A program made the position numbers and the translations under genes. From a virus, in the IMG/VR virus record IMGVR_UViG_3300029858_000005: DNA of 64,000 nt, one strand, 5' to 3'. Shown piece after piece: positions 51,626 to 60,784 of this stretch. The notes under the pieces are model-generated. The model saw only the letters and a program-made list of their open reading frames with translations. It was not told where the DNA came from and did no database searches. The stretch's first letter is position 1. The number at the start of each line of letters is the position of its first letter.

Positions 51626-53313
51626 CAAATTTCAGAAAGATTCTCGTAAAGAAGCCTTTCTTTGAACTCACGCCAAAGGGGTACATGACCCACGATGGCT
51701 ATTGCAGGAACGAGGTGTCCGATAATGAAGACCCTCAGATGCCGCAAGATACATTGTACAGAGTGATTAAGACTCAGAAGGACTTCCTTCGTGAGTTCTA
51801 TCCTACGTCCCACAAAATCTTCGACAAGGATCTCTACCCTGACATCTGGAGAAAGAACCCGGAAGACGGGAAATGGTATGTCCAGGAGATTCAAAGAACG
51901 GCATTTGCTTTCCAGCAAGTTATTCATACGAAGCACGTTCTCCACATGACAGGTAACGATATTCAGTTTGAGCTTGCCGGTGATCCTGAGATGAAGAAAC
52001 AGGAAGAGTATATTAATCTTCTTGCCAAGTTTAAGAAGGGATGGTATATGCACGATATGGAGATTCGCCACTATGAGGCTGTAAGTTCGTACATGAAGGT
52101 TGCTGAGGCTGCTGTAGTCGGATTCTTCGATAAAAACAAGAAATTCGGTACTCGCACATTGGCTTTCGATAGAGGAGACACATTGTATCCTCAGTTCGAC
52201 CCTCTTACTGGTGAACTCGTTGTGTTTGCTCGCAAGTATTACGACTTCGATGAGGAAGGCAATGAAAAGATTGAATGGGTAGAGGTGTGGGATGACAAGA
52301 CATTCTACCGCTTCAAGAAGCAAGTTAACGAAGGCAAGGTCAAGGAGACTATCAAGAGAATTGCCAAGATATTCGGAATCGACGACTACACTTGCGTTGA
52401 AGAGAAAGCTCACGGCTTCCCATTTATCCCTGTTGCATACGTAAGAAACGATGACGGCCCATGCTGGTCTGTTGTGCAGAAGAACATCGAGGACTACGAG
52501 GAAGCTTTCTCTTATCTCTGCGAGAACAACAAGGCTTACGCCTTCCCTATAATGAAGTTGAAGGGCGATGGTGACGACATTACCGTTGTTGGAGATACAG
52601 ACGGATCGGCTAAGATGATTCAGATTACCGATACGAATGGTGATGCTGACTTCATTAACGGAACAGACGCTTCCGATGCATTTGCGACACAGCTCAACAA
52701 GTCGTATGACCTCATCTATGAGCTTTCGTTCACAGTAAAGCCACCGGAGCTGAAGTCGGGTGACCTTCCGGGCGTTGCCATCAAGCTGCTCTATTCTCCT
52801 GCTATCGAGGTTGCAGAGAACGATGCCAAGAAGATGCATCCGTTCCTGGATCAACTTGTTCGTATCTCAAAGTATGGTATCGGAGTTGAAGAAAACTGCA
52901 TGGCCACTATGACCGGTCTTCCTATTCACGCTTGGGTGGAAATCTATGTGCATCAGAATAAATCTGAAATAATAACAAACTTAGCGACAGCTGTTCAGAA
53001 CAACTTCCTCTCAAAGCAGACTGCATCTGAGCGTTGTCCAGACTTCCCAGTTAACGATGAATACGACCGTATCATGCGCGAGAAGAAGGAAGAGGATCAG
53101 CAGGACCTACTCATGGATATTCAGCGTGCGGATAACGAAACTCAAAATGCAATCGAGGAGCAGAAAGCTACTGCGAATATTCAGAATGGAGGTAGTGGAA
53201 ACGTACGTACGGGTCGCGGAGCTGGACGCCCAAATAAGTCAGGAACCAAATGGGACGAGAATCGGAACGCCCCGAATGAGAACAACTGGCAGCACTACAA
53301 TCAAACCCATTAA
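51607..53313 (+). CDS. portal protein
   Basis: 568-aa ORF that overlaps the terL stop by 19 nt. Size and position are typical, with an acidic/Gly-rich C-terminus. Confidence 0.75.
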   Translation: MDAIKVTNFRKILVKKPFFELTPKGYMTHDGYCRNEVSDNEDPQMPQDTLYRVIKTQKDFLREFYPTSHKIFDKDLYPDIWRKNPEDGKWYVQEIQRTAFAFQQVIHTKHVLHMTGNDIQFELAGDPEMKKQEEYINLLAKFKKGWYMHDMEIRHYEAVSSYMKVAEAAVVGFFDKNKKFGTRTLAFDRGDTLYPQFDPLTGELVVFARKYYDFDEEGNEKIEWVEVWDDKTFYRFKKQVNEGKVKETIKRIAKIFGIDDYTCVEEKAHGFPFIPVAYVRNDDGPCWSVVQKNIEDYEEAFSYLCENNKAYAFPIMKLKGDGDDITVVGDTDGSAKMIQITDTNGDADFINGTDASDAFATQLNKSYDLIYELSFTVKPPELKSGDLPGVAIKLLYSPAIEVAENDAKKMHPFLDQLVRISKYGIGVEENCMATMTGLPIHAWVEIYVHQNKSEIITNLATAVQNNFLSKQTASERCPDFPVNDEYDRIMREKKEEDQQDLLMDIQRADNETQNAIEEQKATANIQNGGSGNVRTGRGAGRPNKSGTKWDENRNAPNENNWQHYNQTH

Positions 53314-53319
53314 TAGCCT

Positions 53320-54096
53320 ATGGATGAATTAAAACGTTCTGTCGATTACAGCAGGAAGCGCTTGCAGGCAATCCGAAACTGCGAGGGCCATGTTGCTGAT
53401 ATCCTCTGGAAAACGACGCAGAAGGTAATTACCGCAAGTAAGCGATACAGAGGCGCGGGCAGGCTCACAAACGAGTCAGCCCTGCTCTCTTACGCCAAGA
53501 ATGTTACTGCTGAGGCCGAGGAGAGCATCAATACCTATATCTCTGCTTACTCCAAGGCTTCATGCAAGATTCTCGGGATTGACAGCGAGAACATCGAATC
53601 GTTTCTCGTCAGCGACATCTACGGAAAGACGACATCTGAAAGAAACGCTGTCTATCTCGGAAACTTTGCTGAAGATATTGTAAGGATGATCAAGGCAGGA
53701 ACCTTGATGGAATATTCAGACCAGCAGCTCCTGTCTTCCATCCGCACAGGCTATAAAGACCCATATCACACATCAGTCATCACCAAGGCGAAGAGAAAGG
53801 ATATTAACATCGATGTTCCTTCTTACGGAAAGGGCTACTACAAGAACGCCTATCAGAATATCGTAAGAAATGCTTCTCAAGTGATTGCTTTGGCGTGGGG
53901 ACAGGCAGAGCAGGAGTATGGACAGGAGAATAAGGCTATCGGATTCTATGTCAAGAGAGGAAGCAGTTATCCTTGTGATATCTGTCAAAGCGAAGCCGAT
54001 GCCGGCCTCCATTCTTTCAAAGACCCATATCCGCCATTTCACGTTTCGTGTTGTTGCTACACAGTATTTGCATTCAAGGATAATAAAAAGAAATAA
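53320..54096 (+). CDS. head morphogenesis protein (SPP1 gp7 / Mu F-like)
   Basis: It follows the portal. The C-terminal YPCDICQSEADAGLHSFKDPYPPFHVSCCCYT resembles the Mu-F family ...P.H.NC.C motif. Confidence 0.65.
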   Translation: MDELKRSVDYSRKRLQAIRNCEGHVADILWKTTQKVITASKRYRGAGRLTNESALLSYAKNVTAEAEESINTYISAYSKASCKILGIDSENIESFLVSDIYGKTTSERNAVYLGNFAEDIVRMIKAGTLMEYSDQQLLSSIRTGYKDPYHTSVITKAKRKDINIDVPSYGKGYYKNAYQNIVRNASQVIALAWGQAEQEYGQENKAIGFYVKRGSSYPCDICQSEADAGLHSFKDPYPPFHVSCCCYTVFAFKDNKKK

Positions 54097-54100
54097 GATT

Positions 54101-54649
54101 ATGATTGAAGAAACAAAAGGATACACGTTATCCGTCGATACGTACAAGAAGGCGAAGGCTCTCAAGATGAAAGACCCTCGCTATTACATCTACGCCAGCC
54201 TCCGTGGTTCAGGTATGTCTGTTCGTGACAGCTGGGCCATCGCATTCCAAGGAGAAGGAATAGGTGTGTGGGAGAAATCTTTCCTCGAAAACGAGATGAA
54301 TAAGCTAGAAGCCAAGGAGTCCGTTCAGAAGAGAATCGCAGAGGTACAGGGCAAGAAAGCGAAGAACGAGAACGCCGATGAGCTCACCCAGGAGGAACTT
54401 ATTAAGGCTACCTCGAAGGAAGAGATTCTGAGAAACCTCGTTATCGCTCAGCGCAAGCAGAAGTTTGGCTCTCCAGAGTGGCAAAAGACGACTGCCATGA
54501 TAGCCGACTACTCTAAGATTAAGCAGGACGAAATTGATACAGAAAATAATGTGGTCCACTACTATATTCCTCTATCAATGCCTCGATGCTGCGAGGACTG
54601 CATTATCTTTAAAAATGGTCAGGCGACTTTCCAAAAGAAGAAGAAATAG
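54101..54649 (+). CDS. hypothetical protein
   Basis: Internal ATG (MIEETKGYTL...) of ORF 53885..54649, 5 nt after the previous stop. 182 aa. Confidence 0.6.
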   Translation: MIEETKGYTLSVDTYKKAKALKMKDPRYYIYASLRGSGMSVRDSWAIAFQGEGIGVWEKSFLENEMNKLEAKESVQKRIAEVQGKKAKNENADELTQEELIKATSKEEILRNLVIAQRKQKFGSPEWQKTTAMIADYSKIKQDEIDTENNVVHYYIPLSMPRCCEDCIIFKNGQATFQKKKK

Positions 54650-54772
54650 TTAAATTCGTGTTAAAGTAACTTTGTTTTACTAGAAATTCAGCAAAACCAA
54701 GTACCTTTGCAAATAATTAATGTTCACAGATTCTTTCTGCTGAGCATAATTCAAATTATTTTGGTTAACTAA

Positions 54773-54811
54773 GAGGGGCAGTGTCTTCACAGATACTGCC
54801 CCTCGCTTTTT
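54773..54811 (+). terminator. intrinsic terminator of the rightward packaging operon
   Basis: 9-bp stem GAGGGGCAG/CTGCCCCTC followed by GCTTTTT. Confidence 0.75.
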
Positions 54812-54849
54812 AAAACAAATATATAAGTAGAAGAAAACTTTGAAGTCAA

Positions 54850-55038
54850 TTAAGGATACTTCTCTCCGGTAACCAACTCAAGTATACCCTTAAGCCTATC
54901 ATTAAGAAGGTCGTCATTGAATACAGGAAGAACACCGTATGGAGGCAGTTTCTTAGTCTCTGCGGCCTCCAAAATGAACTGGAGCGCCTGTACTAAGGAA
55001 GTGTGGTCTTGAACGACCTCAAGCAATTTATCGCTCAT
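54850..55038 (-). CDS. hypothetical protein (62 aa)
   Basis: Internal ATG (MSDKLLEVVQ...) of ORF 54850..55215, overlapping the stop of the upstream gene by 11 nt. Confidence 0.45.
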   Translation of the reverse strand: MSDKLLEVVQDHTSLVQALQFILEAAETKKLPPYGVLPVFNDDLLNDRLKGILELVTGEKYP

Positions 55039-55582
55039 CCTTGCCTCCTTCCTTCTTAATCTGCTCTGCCATTTCAAGAAGAGTCTCGGCGTGCTTATCG
55101 CGGTCGATAACTTCCTGTACGGCCTCATCGCTCTCCTTGCGAAGCTGCTCTTCAGTCTTACCATCGTCGGCAGCAGCGTTTCTTCTTGCAGCCTCACGAG
55201 CAATGTATTCGTCACGGAGTTTCAACTTACCTGCCGTGTATTCTGCATCGCCAGGCAACGATGTATCCGCATACATAAGCTGGGCAAATGCCTCGATGAT
55301 GTTTCCATTATCCTTGGAGAACTCATAATGGTCTCCTACAGCCATAGGAACACATTCATCGAGCGCAGCGTACATTGATGTACCGATAGAGTATTCAATA
55401 CCCCATGTACCGGCAATGTCAGCAATCTTGATGAAAGGCAGCGAGCCTCTCTGTAAATGCTTCTTGATATCAGCAGGGATATCCTCTCTGAGTGAAGCAA
55501 CTTCTTTCTTAGACAAGCTCTTACTGAACTTCAGCACGGTGAAGTGTCTTGTCTTGATAGTCTTTCCAAATGGTAATGCCAT
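55028..55582 (-). CDS. hypothetical protein
   Basis: 184-aa ORF with an acidic C-terminal half. Confidence 0.6.
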   Translation of the reverse strand: MALPFGKTIKTRHFTVLKFSKSLSKKEVASLREDIPADIKKHLQRGSLPFIKIADIAGTWGIEYSIGTSMYAALDECVPMAVGDHYEFSKDNGNIIEAFAQLMYADTSLPGDAEYTAGKLKLRDEYIAREAARRNAAADDGKTEEQLRKESDEAVQEVIDRDKHAETLLEMAEQIKKEGGKDER

Positions 55583-55594
55583 GATAACAATATT

Positions 55595-55738
55595 TTAAAG
55601 TTCAACTTTTATTTCCTTATACTCGAAATCTGTGCAAGATGGATTCTCCTCAGAAGTAAACCTAATCTCATTAGGGTGGTTACAAGCTCCATTCTTGAAG
55701 AAGAAGCAATCCTTGCAAGTGTAATCAGTCTGTTCCAT
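55595..55738 (-). CDS. possible 47-aa Cys-rich ORF
   Basis: MEQTDYTCKDCFFFKNGACNHPNEIRFTSEENPSCTDFEYKEIKVEL. It shares the C-x-x-C-F-F motif with the 13857/14286 paralogs. Confidence 0.4.
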   Translation of the reverse strand: MEQTDYTCKDCFFFKNGACNHPNEIRFTSEENPSCTDFEYKEIKVEL

Positions 55739-56351
55739 GTTCCTTACGTTTTTGATATTCCATCAATGTCAAGATACAATAGTTAGCGCAGTCAAGAAGA
55801 GCATCTTCCAATGGTTCATTAGCAACTTGCGCCTCATTGTCCTTCAGCGTCTTGATGCGATTCACCTTCTCTCGTATCTTTCCGTAGCCGTAGTTGATAC
55901 CAAGCTCATCATACATTTCGGAAAAAGCATTCCCATAATCGTGATTCTTGCGCTTGTAGGTATCGCTCATCTTGTCGGTGATATCCTTGAAGCGGTCAGC
56001 ATCGGTTCTTTCGTTTTGTTTCCCCTTAAGCGGCAACTTGCTCCAATCAAGATTATCGCCGATGATACAATCCTTCCATTCATCCATCAGCTTTTCTGCA
56101 TATTCGGGATATAAACCATTCTTCTGCAAAATATCTAAATCTACGCGTACATTAGTAATGTCGCGAACGCCACAATAAACACGGTCATCTTTAACAGACT
56201 TTACACGAAAAACATCTGTAGGTCTAATCAGTGACATGCAGCATCCTTTCCTTGTATTGACATAATAGAGAAATCCTCCTCTGGTGCGTTCTATACTCTC
56301 GCACGGAAGTAAAAACTCCAGCCCAACCTTAATATCTTCTTTCTTAATCAT
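55725..56351 (-). CDS. DUF1599 / MazG-like all-alpha NTP-pyrophosphohydrolase-fold protein (C-terminal half)
   Basis: KRKNHDYGNAFSEMYDELG..GYGKIREKVNRIKTL....EPLEDALLDCANYCIL fits DUF1599. Confidence 0.55.
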   Translation of the reverse strand: MIKKEDIKVGLEFLLPCESIERTRGGFLYYVNTRKGCCMSLIRPTDVFRVKSVKDDRVYCGVRDITNVRVDLDILQKNGLYPEYAEKLMDEWKDCIIGDNLDWSKLPLKGKQNERTDADRFKDITDKMSDTYKRKNHDYGNAFSEMYDELGINYGYGKIREKVNRIKTLKDNEAQVANEPLEDALLDCANYCILTLMEYQKRKEHGTD

Positions 56352-56354
56352 AAG

Positions 56355-56756
56355 CTATTTCTCCTTATCTTTTAGTTCAACGAAATCTCCAATACCCAAA
56401 CGAGCCTTGTTGATGCAAGACGCAATCCAACCAATCAGATAGGCAGAAGGCTCGCCGCCGTGTTCCATGCCAATAGCATCTTCGATGGCCTCGCAGGCAT
56501 GAGAAACCTCGTGGCAACAAACTCCCATTCTCATAGAATCCTTGCTTGCAAAATTAATAATAAATGAACAAAGCTTCTTATTCGACTTTTCCCTAACTTC
56601 ATCGTAGGTTGTTGCGTTAGAATTAGAGAAATCAACCTTCAAAACCTCGCCATTTCTACCTTCGAAACACTTATTAGCGTCTTCTTGGCTCATGCCAATA
56701 GCGACACATAGCATTCTTGGATAGATAACAGGGTCGTATTCGTAATATCCTTTCAT
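56355..56756 (-). CDS. hypothetical protein with HExxH motif (possible Zn-metallopeptidase)
   Basis: 133 aa; CCHEVSHACEAIED. Confidence 0.4.
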   Translation of the reverse strand: MKGYYEYDPVIYPRMLCVAIGMSQEDANKCFEGRNGEVLKVDFSNSNATTYDEVREKSNKKLCSFIINFASKDSMRMGVCCHEVSHACEAIEDAIGMEHGGEPSAYLIGWIASCINKARLGIGDFVELKDKEK

Positions 56757-56764
56757 ATTCTCAA

Positions 56765-57259
56765 CTATTTCTGTTTTGATACAATCTCGATAGCAGACAA
56801 TAATGTCTTCTCGCTGATACCTTTTCCACTACCAACACCATCTTTCTCTATTCTTTCAAGAGATTTCTCAATAGAGCAAAAATCATCCTGAGAATTACTT
56901 ATAAAGCCATCAAGTTCTTCACTTACACTACTGATACAATCGTTGTTTTTTTTAACAATAGCTTCAAGACGGCCGAAACACTTGTCGATATAATCCTTCA
57001 ACCTTTCTTCATGCTCTATGATAGTTGCAGAGTTTGAGATTTTCCCATGCACCCAGTAATTATTTACGCATGCGTAATAATCACCTTTTTCATCGCTGTG
57101 TTTTTTGCCAGATACGACTCTTAACTCAACGAAATTTTCTCCATCCATTACCGCATACACTCCTTCTCCAAATGGATATAGTTCGGCTTTTTCTGCATCC
57201 TCCCTACTTTCTCTTTCTTTGTATGCGACCTTTCCTAAAACGCTAACTCTAATTTCCAT
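56765..57259 (-). CDS. hypothetical protein
   Basis: 164-aa ORF. Confidence 0.55.
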   Translation of the reverse strand: MEIRVSVLGKVAYKERESREDAEKAELYPFGEGVYAVMDGENFVELRVVSGKKHSDEKGDYYACVNNYWVHGKISNSATIIEHEERLKDYIDKCFGRLEAIVKKNNDCISSVSEELDGFISNSQDDFCSIEKSLERIEKDGVGSGKGISEKTLLSAIEIVSKQK

Positions 57260-57266
57260 ATCTCAA

Positions 57267-57494
57267 CTATTTATTATGTAATCTACCAATATGCCACTTT
57301 GAGCAAACCTTACATAAGTAAGGATGCCAGCCGAGTGCCTTCAACCTCGGAATCTGATTCAGAAACTCCCAAGCATCATCCTCAGTCTCGTATGCAACCT
57401 TCGCCTTCCATGAATGAACCTTTCTTGTCCAATGCTCTGGGTCCGGCTTGAACGGCGGCACTTTATTAGGATTGTGATGTCTTCTCATAGGCAC
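57267..57494 (-). CDS. hypothetical protein
   Basis: 75-aa ORF; basic, with C..C..H at the C-terminus. Confidence 0.45.
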   Translation of the reverse strand: MPMRRHHNPNKVPPFKPDPEHWTRKVHSWKAKVAYETEDDAWEFLNQIPRLKALGWHPYLCKVCSKWHIGRLHNK

Positions 57495-57691
57495 TTGAAT
57501 GAAACACTGTTCAACGTTCTGTTCACCGCAATCTCCCTCTCGTTACACATGGTCCTCATGCACTCCAGGGCATCATCGCGGACAGCAATCATAATCTCCT
57601 GCATCGAAGCGGTGGCCGGAACAATATTCCCATCAGCCTTCTTCTTCGTGATACGGGATATAATCTCCTTGATATATTCCTTGTCTATCAT
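57485..57691 (-). CDS. hypothetical protein
   Basis: 68-aa ORF that overlaps the downstream gene by 10 nt. Confidence 0.45.
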   Translation of the reverse strand: MIDKEYIKEIISRITKKKADGNIVPATASMQEIMIAVRDDALECMRTMCNEREIAVNRTLNSVSFKCL

Positions 57692-57711
57692 AGAAATCTG
57701 TTTTATAACCG

Positions 57712-59274
57712 TTAATCATCAGGCTGAATGAAGCTCTCAGGCTGCTTGATGTCCTCCTCACCACGCAATTTATTCTTCACGTCATTAATGAGAACTTCCT
57801 GCTTCAGGTCAACCATCTGCGCACCGTACACCAGATACGTCATTCCGCCCTGTGACCTCTTCTTGAAGAAGCCGTACTTGTCGCTCATATCACGCCCGAA
57901 CTTCTGAATCGTAGGGATATCCTTCTCCTCGACATCGTTGGCCTTGCAGAACTCGACGAATCTCTCGTACATCTCCTTGGCAAGCATGCACTCCGAAATC
58001 TCGCCTCTCGCCTCCTGGCTGCACCTCATATCATACGCCCTTATCCAGGCATAGATAGGATTGCTTCCTAGAAGAGAGATGAGTAACTGCCTCCTGCTGC
58101 CCTCAGCTGCCGGGAACCTGTACTTCCTGCTTCTCAGCTCCATCGCGCCACGGAATATCCAGTTGAACACTCCGCTCAGCTCTTCACGGATGATCTTGCT
58201 CGCAAGCTCCGGGTCCTGCCTCTCCTTAGGAATGGTAACATCGAAGCTCACGTACTGCAAGCGTCTGATGAATCCGAGCGACGCATCGTCCGGGAACGGA
58301 AGCTCATTGAGGTTGAAGATGAGGTAGGGGATTGAGTTCCCCTCAAGGATATCCCTTCCAAGCTTCCTCATAGGGACGGGCTCACCGCTCACGAGTCTCT
58401 TAAACATACCGGTGTTCTTCCTTCCGAACTTCTTCGGGTCAGAATCGGAAGACCAGTTGAAGATGGCGTTCCTGATAGGATACCTTCCCCTCATTCCCTC
58501 GTCGCCGTCAGCAGTGAGGTCGGCGTAGTCCATCTTGCTTATCCTGTCCTTGCCGAATATGTTGCAGGCAACGTCGAAGATGACACTCTTTCCGTTGGCT
58601 CCCGTACCTATAAGGAGAAGACAGAGCTCAATCTTCGATGATTCCTTCCCCTCGTACGGATTGTATGCAGTACCTCTCTGTATGAGACCGAGACCGAGGA
58701 ACATCTGGAGGATCATCCTCGACGTCCTGTCTGGGAGGACCTCCTTGATGAAGTTCATCCACCTGTCGCACTTCGCCTTCGGATTGTAGTCGTATGGGTG
58801 GTAGTATGTGACATGGTACTCGGGAGAGAACGGCATCACGTTCGGATACTTCAGACCGCTGCCGAAGTCAACAACTCCGTTTGCGAATGCAACGATGTCG
58901 AAGGTAGGTCTCAGTATGTTGTAGCACTCTATCACCTCCATGAATGACTTGTTCATCACCGTACTGATGCCGAGCATCGGAGCCATGGCCAGGTCGAGGA
59001 GCAGAAGCTGGTAAGCCTGTTCCAAAACTATCTTCGGAACAGCTTCGTATATCTTGCCGTTGAACATGTAGTAAGCACCGTTGTAGTACTTCACCGGAGC
59101 CTTCTTCGCCAGACGTCTCATTGACCTGATGAAAGTAGACTTCAGCTTGTTGTACTTATCAGAGTTTGCCTTACCCCAGTCCTGGCAACGGAGCGCTTCG
59201 AAGCCGTACTCGTCATGCCTCAAAAGGTCTAGCAACTGAGCGTGCAATGTGTCTATAGCAATACCATTTTCCAT
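57712..59274 (-). CDS. P4/D5-type primase-helicase (D5_N + SF3 NTPase)
   Basis: 520 aa. Walker A LLIGTGANGKS and Walker B-like IFNWSSDSD. The overall architecture is typical of phage/plasmid primase P4-family C-terminal domains. Confidence 0.75.
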   Translation of the reverse strand: MENGIAIDTLHAQLLDLLRHDEYGFEALRCQDWGKANSDKYNKLKSTFIRSMRRLAKKAPVKYYNGAYYMFNGKIYEAVPKIVLEQAYQLLLLDLAMAPMLGISTVMNKSFMEVIECYNILRPTFDIVAFANGVVDFGSGLKYPNVMPFSPEYHVTYYHPYDYNPKAKCDRWMNFIKEVLPDRTSRMILQMFLGLGLIQRGTAYNPYEGKESSKIELCLLLIGTGANGKSVIFDVACNIFGKDRISKMDYADLTADGDEGMRGRYPIRNAIFNWSSDSDPKKFGRKNTGMFKRLVSGEPVPMRKLGRDILEGNSIPYLIFNLNELPFPDDASLGFIRRLQYVSFDVTIPKERQDPELASKIIREELSGVFNWIFRGAMELRSRKYRFPAAEGSRRQLLISLLGSNPIYAWIRAYDMRCSQEARGEISECMLAKEMYERFVEFCKANDVEEKDIPTIQKFGRDMSDKYGFFKKRSQGGMTYLVYGAQMVDLKQEVLINDVKNKLRGEEDIKQPESFIQPDD

Positions 59275-59401
59275 TTATGTACAATAATAATATTAATTTT
59301 CCGTTATTGTGTAGGATAAACCCCGATAAATAGGGGCTTTCTGAAGGATAACACGTGTCAGGTCGTCCTTATAACATGTCGTCTATAAAATATCGACAAT
59401 A

Positions 59402-59409
59402 CAAAGATA
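59402..59409 (-). promoter_or_regulatory. Bacteroidota-type -7 box TATCTTTG (minus strand) upstream of the primase gene
   Basis: Plus-strand CAAAGATA lies about 130 nt upstream of the start at 59274. Confidence 0.35.
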
Positions 59410-59659
59410 CAGATAATATCCTGAATATCCGGTAAAACCCTAGTAAATAAAGGGTATAAATATACATTTTAGGTATACATTAAATGAAGGATAGGTATAC
59501 ATTTATGGTTTGGTCTGCAAAGTAAGAGTTTATGCTATCAAATGTTAATAAATAACGGATGAATGAATATGCATAATTATCCTTTATGGTAGGAGGTAAT
59601 TAAACTTTACAAAAAGGCTGAAAAATCGGAAGAAAAAATTTTTAGATGAGGTGACTACC

Positions 59660-59980
59660 GCGCTGGTTTATAGCTGCAAAGGGGGTGTGGGGGTGTTTCT
59701 TCTGAAATTATTACATTTTGTGTCGGTTTATATAGTGTAAACGGGCGTGAAACAATATTTTTGTAATTATTTTAAATTGTCGGTTTATATTTATAAAAAA
59801 TTTATGTAACCCCTTAATAACCAACACTTTATAATTTTGTTTATATTCATTTTCTTGCATACTTATTCATTATCAATAAAGCGTGGAACACAAAAACTTA
59901 TTATAATACACTTGACCGAAAAAATGTTACATAATAACGTACTGGTTAAATGTTAAAATATTAACATTTAGTGTTTATAT
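59660..59980. repeat. iteron-like direct repeats (T)GT(C)GGTTTATAT; candidate replication origin
   Basis: GGTTTATA occurs at 59665, 59725 and 59782, and GTTTATA at 59839 and 59973 (spacings 60, 57, 57 and 134 nt). The region is AT-rich and lies between the divergent primase gene and the 60196 gene. Confidence 0.5.
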
Positions 59981-60102
59981 AGTTAGATATATAGAAGTAA
60001 AACGTAATATATTAAGACTTTGCCACAAAGTGTTAAAACCCATAACAACCTATATATCAATACGTTACAACGTCTTTAAAGGTCGATTTTTAACATAAAA
60101 AA

Positions 60103-60134
60103 TTTGCTTTTATCAATAAATTTTCGTACCTTTG
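60103..60134 (+). promoter_or_regulatory. complete Bacteroidota sigma-A-type promoter (-33 TTTG, 20-nt spacer, -7 TACCTTTG)
   Basis: TTTG at 60103-60106 and TACCTTTG at 60127-60134, about 60 nt upstream of the ATG at 60196. Confidence 0.6.
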
Positions 60135-60195
60135 TAGTACAAAAAGAAAGAGATAGGACACTATCTTATAAGTAACATTTAAACAATTTAGGTAT

Positions 60196-60717
60196 ATGAA
60201 AGAATTATCTGTAAAAGGTGCTCAAGGTTACGAGCACGCAAGTGCTAAGGTTGCTAGTTATGTAACCGAGTGCAAAGGTAGCGCAGTATTAGCGCAGAGT
60301 TTAGAAGTGCTCAATAGTTACCGCAAAAAGTTATTGAGTGAGTGCGCCGATAGTGAAGTAGTAAGCGCAAAGAAAGAGTTAGAAGTAGCTAGGGAACGCT
60401 ATAACAAACTAGCTACAAAGTATGTGCTTTCAGATGAAAGCTACTGCAATTTGCAAACCGAGTGCGTACGTAGCGCAGTTAGCGAGTTTTCACGCAAACA
60501 TAAACTGCCTAATTTCTTTGCGTGGTTTGATAGCAACGGCAAAGACAAACAAACTACTATAATAGATAGTTTGCAGCGTCTTGGTTCTAAATTGTGTTCT
60601 TTGCATCAATCATTTGCAAGTGGTGCAAAGGTAGCAAGGAAGAAGAGTGAAAGCATAACAGACCTACAAAAACAGATAGCAGAATTGCAGGCAAAGTTAG
60701 CAGCAGCGCAAAAGTAA
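60196..60717 (+). CDS. hypothetical coiled-coil protein
   Basis: 173-aa ORF behind a good promoter, followed by a terminator. Confidence 0.65.
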   Translation: MKELSVKGAQGYEHASAKVASYVTECKGSAVLAQSLEVLNSYRKKLLSECADSEVVSAKKELEVARERYNKLATKYVLSDESYCNLQTECVRSAVSEFSRKHKLPNFFAWFDSNGKDKQTTIIDSLQRLGSKLCSLHQSFASGAKVARKKSESITDLQKQIAELQAKLAAAQK

Positions 60718-60728
60718 CACAAACAAGG

Positions 60729-60758
60729 TAGCTAGAGAAATCTAGCTATCTAGTTTTT
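60729..60758 (+). terminator. intrinsic terminator with GAAA tetraloop
   Basis: TAGCTAGA-GAAA-TCTAGCTA (8 bp) followed by TCTAGTTTTT. A second 7-bp hairpin lies at 60763-60784. Confidence 0.65.
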
Positions 60759-60784
60759 CCTACTGGCTATCTAGTGGTAGCCAG

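Noticed and set aside
51553-52854. 433-aa minus-strand ORF overlapping the terminase end and the portal gene
   Set aside because: It is antisense to a well-supported portal ORF. The sequence is Leu/Ile/Val/Ser/Cys-rich and low-complexity, it has no gene context on that strand, and it is typical of a shadow ORF.
54702-54811. A -7-like box TACCTTTG at 54702-54709 followed about 65 nt later by a strong terminator, possibly a ~95-nt sRNA
   Set aside because: No -33 TTTG lies at the proper 19-21-nt spacing. The terminator is adequately explained as the end of the terL-portal operon. I kept only the terminator as a feature.
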